NCBI GenBank assembly: GCA_050949565.1
Contig: JBMNFY010000006.1
Coordinates: 96,001 to 160,000 of the forward strand
Length of the DNA stretch: 64,000 nt
Direction: 5' to 3'
DNA from: Kiritimatiellia bacterium
GTDB taxonomy: Bacteria > Verrucomicrobiota > Kiritimatiellia > RFP12 > UBA1067
Shown: positions 56,520 through 64,000 of the stretch, piece after piece
Layout of the letters: each line of letters starts with the position of its first letter
Position numbering within the stretch: position 1 is the stretch's first letter
The notes under the pieces: generated by a model
The model's input: only the letters and a program-made list of their open reading frames with translations
Database searches by the model: none
What the model was told of the DNA's origin: nothing
Made by a program: the position numbers and the translations under genes

Positions 56520-59500
56520 CTACTGCATCTCACCAATCGCTTTAAAGTAGTCCGACACCATGTCGCGGTATTCGGCCGGGGCTTCGTCCGGCGATGCGGC
56601 AATCGCATCTTCGGCGTTCTCCGTATTGCTGACCGCCCCCATGTCCGCGTTGCTGATCCCGTTTTCTAGCGACGTATAGGTGCTGCTGAGTGCCTGCAAC
56701 GCCTTCTTGTGCAGTTCGGCGATCATCGCCGGCGAAGCGTTCTGCTTCTGCAACAGTTCGATCTGCTTGCTGAACGCGATATACTTCTTGAGGTCGTAGG
56801 TCCGCAGGTTGTTGAGCTGCGCCTGGGCGTACACCGCCTCGGCGTTCCGGGTCAACTGGGCGCGTGTGCTCTCGGCGGAGTCGGCCTCCACCTTGGTGTC
56901 GCGCCGCGTGGCGCCTTCGCCGCCCTCCATGCCCCTGTCCTGCGAGTAGCCGGAGTTCTTACCGCCGCCTGTGGCGACAGCGTCCGTGTGCCCCTCTTCT
57001 TCGACGTCACCGGACTGATTGGAGTCCTGCGTGCGCCGCTTATCAAGATGCTCGTCACCCTCGCTGATTCTGCCGGAACGCGACATCACCTCACCGTCTG
57101 ACATGCCTTGCCGCCCGACCTGTGAACGGCCGTCCTGATCCTTGTGGTCGGGCCGGTCGTTGCCCGATTTACCGGCGGCGCTGTAGCTGACGGTTTCACC
57201 TTCGGAAATGCCCCATCCCATGTCAATATTGGCCATGCCCTGATTGGTCACGGAGTCGTCCGCCTTTTCCGATTGCTCCTCTTCCTGCTCCAGCAGGTCG
57301 CCGATGATGTCCTGCAACTCTTCGGGCATGGTCACCTGACCGATCGGCCCCTTCATCTCCTCCTTGTCAATCGTCTCCATATTGCGCTTGACGTTATCGG
57401 GCACGGAGAAAAGCCACATTTCCATTTCGTCTGCCTTTTGCCCGGTCGCGATCATCATGTCGAGCAGGAAGTCCTCCTTTTGCAGGCCGATCTCGACCAC
57501 TTCGTTTGTGCTGGAACCCGTCACCTGCTTCATCTCTTCGTACGTCTGAAAAGCGTCGGTCACCAGTTCGTTGACGGCATCCATCTCGGGCATGGCTTGC
57601 AGGTCGGTCGCGACCTTCAACATGGCTTGTGCCATGTTTTCTTTGAGTTCCACGATCTCCTCAAGCAGGTCTTCGTCAAGCTTCTCGGTCTTGTCGCCTT
57701 GGCTGCCGGTCTCGCGCAGGGCATCCACCACGCGTGTTTGCAAGTCCTCCATCTTCTTAATGGACTGCCGCGCGTCCTTGATAATCGCCAGCGCTTCTTC
57801 GGTCTTGTCCTTGGTCTCGGTTTCACGCCACTCTTTGAGAAATTCCATCAGCACGGCGATACCGTTGGTTACGTTGTTTTGCGGCGGCACGGCATTCGCG
57901 ATCTGTTCCGATTCCATGATCTCGGCGATCGTGACCATGGTGGGGTGAAGCTTCAGTTCTACCGCGCGGTCGGCGATTTTGGTCATCAAGGCACCAAACT
58001 CTTCATCTTCACGGTCTTGCTTCGCCTCGGACCGGCAGAAGCCGATCATGGCTTCCATGTCTTGCGCGAGGTTGTCTTGCCGATCGACGATGGCTTCCGG
58101 CAGTTCGGTCGCTTTTTCAACGGCTTTCAACGTGACGTTGAGGTTGGCGGTCTGGCCTTTGCGGATGCCCTCCAGCATCGCCAAGACACCGGCGGCGGCC
58201 TGCGAGATCTCGCCCCTGTTCATGTTGCCGTCCGCTTGGACCAACAAGCGCAACACTGTGTTTTGCGCGTCGACTGCGAGCCGGGCGTTCTCTTCGCGCG
58301 TTTCCGCCGCTCCTGTCACCATGCGGGTCAACCGCATGGTGGCGTCAGGCAACGGCCCTTTTACCGCCTTGTCGAGCGCGACACGCGCCGTGCCGATCGC
58401 TGCGTCTTTAGTTTTTAGCAACGTCTCGGCATAACTGCGGATCTCCGTCTGCTTTTCGGCGACCTCCTGCCAGAGCTGCTCGTCGTAGGTGGGCAGTCCT
58501 CCCTGCAACCGCTTGGTGGTGGCGAGCGTGGCGCGCTGACGTGCAACCAGCTCGCCGATCGTCTTGCGCGCCTCGCCGCGATTTTGCTGCTCGGCGGCAA
58601 ACTGCGAGGAGAGCGTCGTCATCTCGAACAAGATTTGCTGGCTGACCGCGCGGTTGGGCGCGTCACCGGCGGCGGTGTCGTAGGCCACGATGCGCAGGGC
58701 CGAGGAGGCGGAGACGTCCGCCAGCGAGCCGGTCCATTTTTCGTTGAAAACTCTTTTTCCGTCGAGGTCCCACTCTTTGAGAACGTCGCCTTCGGCACCC
58801 GGTTTGGCACCTTTGTTGACGCGCTCGACACGCACCTTACCGAGACCGTATTCGTCGGTGACTTCAAAATGTACGACCGGCGCGGCATTGGGCGGCAGGA
58901 CCGCCTTTGCGGCCGAAGGGATCACCAGCCGGATAGCGGGCGCACGGTCTTCGATGAGTTCGAAGCGCACCGGTACGCGCATCTCAAGCCCGAAGGCGTC
59001 GCGTGCCGCGACCTGAAAGATTGAACCATCTTTAATTGTGGCGGCCCCAGACCAACTCGCCTTGTCCGTGCCGGGCGTCAGCGTCAGCGTTTCCTGATCG
59101 AACAGGATCTGCGAGGTCTCGGTCGGCCGGTTGCAGACGACTCGGAAGGCGACTTCTGAGTGAACCGGAATCGCCACCGCGTTGGTTAGCGCGTCGAAAG
59201 TACGCGGGGCCAACGACGTGTATCCGGGCGGCGTCACCGTGAGTTGCAGGGCAGAGAGCGCCAGCGGCGGCACGGTGTCGATCGTGAAGGTGTCGGTCGG
59301 ATAGGCGTCACCGACCTTGAAACGGTAACGGAGCGAGGTGGCTATTTTGGAGACGCGGTAGGGGAACTCCTCCTCTGTGCCGGTGGACGAGAACTGGCCG
59401 ATCCGCACAGTCGAACGTTTGTCGTCGGAGGGATAGAGGTCCAGGTCCACGAACTGTCCGGCGCGGCCGGTGGCTTTGACCACCAGATCGATGCCGGAGC

Positions 59501-60095
59501 CCTGCACGATGGTCTTGTCGGCCGGCGTCACGGCGATGACCGTTGCAAAGGTCGGCGGCGAAAGCTTCGAAAAAGGATTCAGCACGCGTTGCATGGCTAC
59601 CGTCCACGCATTGCCGAGCACGAACGCCGGTATGGCCAGCAGCAGCACCGCTACGGCTACGGCGATCGCGCCGCGTTTGCGCAGGCGCCGATCCTTGATC
59701 TCGTGCAGGGGGAGCGTGTGAAACTCCGGCACGTCCTCATTCAGGTAGGTGCGCAGCCAAGAGGATTGCGAACGCTCGTTGGCGAAGAGCACGCGGTTGA
59801 TGAGGTGGTTATCGAGCTGCGGGAATTTCTTTTCGAGAAACGCGGCCACGGCGGCGGGCGAGCGCTTCCGGCCGACCACGCGCGCCAGCCAAACCAGCGC
59901 GGCGATCACCAGGCCGATCAACACGAGCGAGAGGGTCAGCCGTCCGTAAGTCCGCGGACGGAGCCACACATCGAGTGCGGTTAAAGCGCCCCAAGCGGCC
60001 AATAGAAGGGCGAGCGCCACGATCAGATGCTCCGTGGCGTGCCAGCGGTTGATCTTGCCGTTGATGCGGTGAAGTTCTTGATCAAAACTCGACAT
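56520..60095 (-). CDS. Large membrane-anchored protein (DUF4175-like): 3 TM, Ig-like domains, long coiled coil, acidic Gly-rich tail
   Basis: VTPPGYT, DRAPAI, DEYGL, terminal P.EYRDMVSDYFKAI; AAGGAG RBS. Confidence 0.8.
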   Translation of the reverse strand: MSSFDQELHRINGKINRWHATEHLIVALALLLAAWGALTALDVWLRPRTYGRLTLSLVLIGLVIAALVWLARVVGRKRSPAAVAAFLEKKFPQLDNHLINRVLFANERSQSSWLRTYLNEDVPEFHTLPLHEIKDRRLRKRGAIAVAVAVLLLAIPAFVLGNAWTVAMQRVLNPFSKLSPPTFATVIAVTPADKTIVQGSGIDLVVKATGRAGQFVDLDLYPSDDKRSTVRIGQFSSTGTEEEFPYRVSKIATSLRYRFKVGDAYPTDTFTIDTVPPLALSALQLTVTPPGYTSLAPRTFDALTNAVAIPVHSEVAFRVVCNRPTETSQILFDQETLTLTPGTDKASWSGAATIKDGSIFQVAARDAFGLEMRVPVRFELIEDRAPAIRLVIPSAAKAVLPPNAAPVVHFEVTDEYGLGKVRVERVNKGAKPGAEGDVLKEWDLDGKRVFNEKWTGSLADVSASSALRIVAYDTAAGDAPNRAVSQQILFEMTTLSSQFAAEQQNRGEARKTIGELVARQRATLATTKRLQGGLPTYDEQLWQEVAEKQTEIRSYAETLLKTKDAAIGTARVALDKAVKGPLPDATMRLTRMVTGAAETREENARLAVDAQNTVLRLLVQADGNMNRGEISQAAAGVLAMLEGIRKGQTANLNVTLKAVEKATELPEAIVDRQDNLAQDMEAMIGFCRSEAKQDREDEEFGALMTKIADRAVELKLHPTMVTIAEIMESEQIANAVPPQNNVTNGIAVLMEFLKEWRETETKDKTEEALAIIKDARQSIKKMEDLQTRVVDALRETGSQGDKTEKLDEDLLEEIVELKENMAQAMLKVATDLQAMPEMDAVNELVTDAFQTYEEMKQVTGSSTNEVVEIGLQKEDFLLDMMIATGQKADEMEMWLFSVPDNVKRNMETIDKEEMKGPIGQVTMPEELQDIIGDLLEQEEEQSEKADDSVTNQGMANIDMGWGISEGETVSYSAAGKSGNDRPDHKDQDGRSQVGRQGMSDGEVMSRSGRISEGDEHLDKRRTQDSNQSGDVEEEGHTDAVATGGGKNSGYSQDRGMEGGEGATRRDTKVEADSAESTRAQLTRNAEAVYAQAQLNNLRTYDLKKYIAFSKQIELLQKQNASPAMIAELHKKALQALSSTYTSLENGISNADMGAVSNTENAEDAIAASPDEAPAEYRDMVSDYFKAIGEMQ

Positions 60096-60265
60096 AAGCG
60101 GCTCCTTGCTGTTACTCCCTCAGACCACAAGTCCAAGCGAACGGTTTACCATTTCCAACAATAGCAAAATGAGTGCGGGCTGTAAATCAGAAGCCAAGCG
60201 TTTTTGCGAAGAAGTTTAAGAATTCGCTAGGCTTTTCCCCAGTGCAAGAGTATAAATAGACGCGC

Positions 60266-60967
60266 ATGGCAAAACACAAGAAAAAGAGAGACAAGGCCAC
60301 TCCGCCGCCTGCCACCGTTTCGTCCCCCGATACGGCGGTCGAGGTGACGGACGAAAGCGAAGTTCCGGAAGCGCAGGTAGTCGCGCCTGAGCAGCCTGCG
60401 GCTTCGTCGGCTGAAGCGGCTCCGTCGACTGAAGAGCTTGATGACGCCCCCACGCAGGCTAACGAAGAGCCGCGCGACGTGACGCCGCCGGTTGCGGCGG
60501 CGCGGCCGCGGTGGCGGCGCTGGATGCCGGACCTGATCAAAGTGGCGCTGGCGCTGGTCGTGATCGGGATCGCGGCGGCTATCTGGTATCAGCCGCCATT
60601 GGTCAAGGCCCACTTCCCGTATGTCTCCTATGTCTTTTTCGGTCAACGCTTTGAAGATGCGGTGCTTCTCCGGCCGCTCGCGATGCCGACCCGCTACTAC
60701 GTGGCGCTGCCCGAGAAGTTGGCCGATAGATACCAGTGGTTCGCCGTGGACCGGCGGCGCGAAGTGGTGGCTCTGACCGAGGCGCCGCGTCACCGCGCCC
60801 TGGGACTCCAGGCGATCCGGCGCAGCGACCCGCTCGGGCTGGACCTGGAATTCCGCAAGCTGGACGGATCGGAGTGGCAGATTGCGTTTCTGGACGACGC
60901 CATTGTTTTTTCAAATGCGCTGTTGACCGTGCGGCTGGATACGCAGCAGACGGTGCCGCAGCAGTAG
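60266..60967 (+). CDS. Hypothetical single-TM protein with disordered acidic N-terminus
   Basis: ORF with typical codon usage; TM LIKVALALVVIGIAAAIWY. Confidence 0.7.
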   Translation: MAKHKKKRDKATPPPATVSSPDTAVEVTDESEVPEAQVVAPEQPAASSAEAAPSTEELDDAPTQANEEPRDVTPPVAAARPRWRRWMPDLIKVALALVVIGIAAAIWYQPPLVKAHFPYVSYVFFGQRFEDAVLLRPLAMPTRYYVALPEKLADRYQWFAVDRRREVVALTEAPRHRALGLQAIRRSDPLGLDLEFRKLDGSEWQIAFLDDAIVFSNALLTVRLDTQQTVPQQ

Positions 60968-60981
60968 GTTCAGGTGCTAAC

Positions 60982-62742
60982 ATGATTGTTGTGCCGTGCG
61001 CGGAGACACACTCAGTCCCCACACTTAGTCGAAAACAAGTTCTTTCGTCAAACCTGCGGTTACGACGCCGTCTCGTAAAAATCACGGTGCTGCTATGCTG
61101 TGCGGGCGTCGTGGCGACCGGTAGCGCGGCAGAATGGTCGGTCCGCGTGTTGCCCGGACCGGTCGCGACGAACGTCGCGCCGTTGCGTCTGGGCTTGCAG
61201 GTCGGCTTTCTGGATGGGCGCTTTCATCCGTTGCGCGCGGAGTGCCTAACCGGTCTCGACTGGGGAGCCGAGACCGGAGTGACCTTGGAGACGCTTGCAA
61301 CCACGAGTCCGACCAACCGCACGATGCGCGTTACGAATGGCGACGCTGCGCGTCTGGGTATCACGCAGATCACACGGACATTGCGGAGCGGTGTTGGGCA
61401 TACGCTGCGCCTACAGGGGCGCCGGGTCGCGGGCAAAGGGCGCGTCTGGGTGACGTTTCAGCCGATGGGCGGCAATCCCGAGGACGGCGTGACCGAACGC
61501 TTTTCGCTGCGCGACGAGTGGAGGTCGCGTGAAGTGCATGTGGTGCCGCAGCATGAGACGGCCTATCGCTGTCAGCTCGCCATCGAGCCGGGTAGTGTTA
61601 TTGAATTGAGCGCGCTGTCGCTGGTGCCGGATGATGCCGAAGATGGATGGGACCATGAAACACTGGAGGCATTACGCGGCATGAGTCCGAGCGTCATTGG
61701 ATGGCCCGCTGCGAAAGAGTTGGGAACCTATGTGTGGTACGACGGGGTCGGTCCGCAGGCCGTGCGACGCCCCGCTGTGCCTTCCGCTGTCCCGGAAGAG
61801 GCGCATGCGTTCGGGACGGCTGAGTTTGTCACCTTCTGCCGTCTGACCGGGGCGGAGCCGACGTTGCGCGTTGAGGTGTTCGAGCCGGGCATGACGGATG
61901 AGCGTGTGCCGGATCAAGCGGCGGGTGTCCGGATGGCTGCGGAATGGGTGGCCTATTGCAACGCGACGGGGAACCACCCGCTGGCCTTGCTGCGGCAGCG
62001 TCACGGCCACCCCGAGCCATTGCGCGTGATGCGCTGGGAACTGATCGCCCGCGGCGGCGCGGACGGGCCGTCGGCGGCGTCCGCGGCGGCGTACACGGCG
62101 GCCATGTGCGCCGAAGATCCGGCCATCTGCGTGACGGTCAGTGGCGACGCCACGCTGACGCCGCGCAGCGACCCGTATGTATCGGAAATCCTGCGACGGC
62201 TTGCGGCGGCACCGCCCGACGAACGGGTCTACTACGCCGAGTGGTACAATGCGTTGGGGCTGGCCTGCGCGGTGCTCGATCGCGTCGAGCAAGGACGCTG
62301 CGGTCCGCTCGCCACACCCTTGCAGCCCGAGCAGGTGCTTTACCGCGCATCCCGCGCGCGGAACATGCTGACCGATACCGGCGTGCTATTGGCGTTGATC
62401 AACCGCTACCCTGCCGACCGGCCGGTCTTGATCGAAGGTATGCCGAATACACCGGACAGCTCTTTGCGCGTGCAGGCGGCCTGGGCGACTGGGGCGGGGG
62501 AACTGATCGTGTTTGTCTACAACGCCGCACCTGAGGCGCACACCGTGCGGATTGGGCTCGCGCCGCTGAAGCGACGTTTTGTGCTGTATGTGTCCGACCA
62601 ATTGGCGCCCGATCTGGCGGCACGGCGCGACACGCAGGCCATGCCGGTGACCCACACGCAAAAAGTAGGGAGCGCACTCAGCCAGACGGTCGTGTGCGAA
62701 GCAGCGCCCTGCTCTATCACGCGCGTGCTGGTAAAGGAGTAA
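60982..62742 (+). CDS. Exported GH51 alpha-L-arabinofuranosidase-like protein with degenerate active site
   Basis: Y.WYDGVGP...R, FGTAEFV.FCRL.GAEP, AAEWVAYCN, LRQRHGHPEP; WELIAR in place of WE(L/I)GNE. Confidence 0.7.
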   Translation: MIVVPCAETHSVPTLSRKQVLSSNLRLRRRLVKITVLLCCAGVVATGSAAEWSVRVLPGPVATNVAPLRLGLQVGFLDGRFHPLRAECLTGLDWGAETGVTLETLATTSPTNRTMRVTNGDAARLGITQITRTLRSGVGHTLRLQGRRVAGKGRVWVTFQPMGGNPEDGVTERFSLRDEWRSREVHVVPQHETAYRCQLAIEPGSVIELSALSLVPDDAEDGWDHETLEALRGMSPSVIGWPAAKELGTYVWYDGVGPQAVRRPAVPSAVPEEAHAFGTAEFVTFCRLTGAEPTLRVEVFEPGMTDERVPDQAAGVRMAAEWVAYCNATGNHPLALLRQRHGHPEPLRVMRWELIARGGADGPSAASAAAYTAAMCAEDPAICVTVSGDATLTPRSDPYVSEILRRLAAAPPDERVYYAEWYNALGLACAVLDRVEQGRCGPLATPLQPEQVLYRASRARNMLTDTGVLLALINRYPADRPVLIEGMPNTPDSSLRVQAAWATGAGELIVFVYNAAPEAHTVRIGLAPLKRRFVLYVSDQLAPDLAARRDTQAMPVTHTQKVGSALSQTVVCEAAPCSITRVLVKE

Positions 62743-62755
62743 GGAGATCGAAACG

Positions 62756-63304
62756 ATGATACGAAATCGTATCATTTTCATAGGCACATGGTTGGCATTT
62801 GCAATTGTCTTGTTTGTTTTCCCAGGCTTCGAAATGCGCGGGCTTGCTTGGGGAATGATTGTTGGATACTGGCCTATTTTGCTCTTGGAACACATCTGTG
62901 ACGGCTCCAACTTTAATCCTTTTGTCATCCTTCTCGCAATGGTCATCCTCAGCGGAGTGACCGTCACGTTTTTTGCTTGGTTGATGGATAAGTCAAGAAT
63001 CTCGAAGAAGGTTTTACCACTCCTTTACTGTACCATGGTGGCTTTCGCTTGTTATTTCGCCTTTTCCGGAGCCGATTATGAAGAGTGGCAAAGAATTCCT
63101 GCCATTGCCGCTGCGATGGAATCGTCCGAAGTGAACTACGAACCGACCCGCTGGGATTTCCGGAAGTCAATCGTTATTCCCGGAGTGCTTGCGGGCGGAT
63201 TGATGGGGCTGTACATTGTTTCTGGACTCGGGGCAGTGTTTGCCCTGTTCAAACTTTGGCATCAAGGTGTCCGATGCCGAAGCCACAGAGATGAAAACAA
63301 TTAA
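62756..63304 (+). CDS. Hypothetical AT-richer multi-TM membrane protein
   Basis: AAGGAG RBS, four to five hydrophobic helices, atypical codon usage. Confidence 0.7.
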   Translation: MIRNRIIFIGTWLAFAIVLFVFPGFEMRGLAWGMIVGYWPILLLEHICDGSNFNPFVILLAMVILSGVTVTFFAWLMDKSRISKKVLPLLYCTMVAFACYFAFSGADYEEWQRIPAIAAAMESSEVNYEPTRWDFRKSIVIPGVLAGGLMGLYIVSGLGAVFALFKLWHQGVRCRSHRDENN

Positions 63305-63432
63305 GGCCATTGTGGAAACCGTTTGGGCAAAGAAATCTCAACGAAGGGAAGCCACATCGCCATCGGCGCCAAGTCCCTAAAAAACCACAACCACATACCG
63401 CATTCTCGTCCTTTCCTCACTCCAGTCGTTAT

Positions 63433-63580
63433 TTCCACATATTGAAAGGTGTGGAAGTAAAAGAATAGCAGTTGACACAGGGGCGAAAACATTAAAAGAC
63501 CCTTTGTTTACTACTATTTGCCGCACTATCGACTTCCATTTTCTTTCTGGCTGTTTTTCCACACCTTTCAAGGTGTGGAA
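63433..63580. repeat. Two copies of the palindrome TTCCACA(N10)TGTGGAA (63433-63456, 63557-63580)
   Basis: ttccacatattgaaaggtgtggaa and ttccacacctttcaaggtgtggaa. Confidence 0.75.
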
Positions 63581-63654
63581 GTGAGGTGAGGTGTTTTTGG
63601 GGGCTCTTTTTTGACACAGAGACGTAGGGGTTGGTTTTGTTTTTAATGCTCTAA

Positions 63655-63747
63655 GACAGCGACCTCACCTGTGACGGCGGTGGCCGGCACTTCTTCTGGG
63701 ATGCCGAGAACCGCCTCGCCCTCGCCTCCAACGCTACAACCGCGCGT
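63655..63747 (+). pseudogene. RHS/YD-repeat relic
   Basis: Frame reads DSDLTCDGGGRHFFWDAENRLALASNATT, with no start codon and preceded by TAA. Confidence 0.55.
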
Positions 63748-63896
63748 ACATTGTTCGCCTCACATTGTTCTTGTCCGGGCGTGCGGAATATGGCACTCTT
63801 TTCGATATGCTTTTGTTGGGGTACGCTTTTTTGCCGGTGGCGGCGTTGACCCTCTTAACGGTAACACATCGGTAACAACAGGATGGAGGCGGTAGC

Positions 63897-64000
63897 ATGA
63901 AGAGTGGCATGTTTATGGCGGCGTGTGTAGTGGCGTTGTCGGTTTTTGCAGCTCAGGCGCAGGAGGGTGCGCGCAGCACGTGGGAGACGGCGAGTCCGGA
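63897..64000 (+). CDS. 5' end of an exported protein (runs off the window)
   Basis: GGAGG RBS, MKSGMFMAACVVALSVFAAQA signal peptide. Confidence 0.75.
   Translation, partial: MKSGMFMAACVVALSVFAAQAQEGARSTWETASP

Overview
GC-rich bacterial chromosomal window. The gene content (eukaryote-type UDP-sugar pyrophosphorylase, MoxR with large exported partners, many exported sugar enzymes) suggests the PVC superphylum, possibly Kiritimatiellia or Lentisphaerae; this is an inference. It holds about 46 CDS and one tRNA-Val(CAC). Housekeeping genes are rimO, an EF-G paralogue, prfB, gpmI, coaC, gmk and purL. There is also an RND efflux triad, sugar and amino-sugar enzymes, and an FHA-MoxR operon. No transposase, integrase, cas gene or rRNA was found. 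The most striking feature is non-coding: at least 12 families of short palindromic, inverted or tandem repeats are stacked into mosaic cassettes in many of the larger intergenic gaps. They include REP-like doublets, IS-end-like terminal inverted repeats (TIRs) and 7-, 9- and ~13-bp-period arrays. In two families a TIR 'shell' appears to enclose a REP-like 'core'. Repeats also sit in frame inside gene 5' ends and supply stop codons. Other oddities: PurL lacks its glutaminase catalytic Cys; the EF-G paralogue has a degenerate G4 motif; prfB has no programmed frameshift; a G8 tract probably shifts the GH2 C-terminus; and there are short relics of an RHS repeat and possibly of a DISARM helicase. 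All family assignments come from motif recognition by eye, not from database searches.
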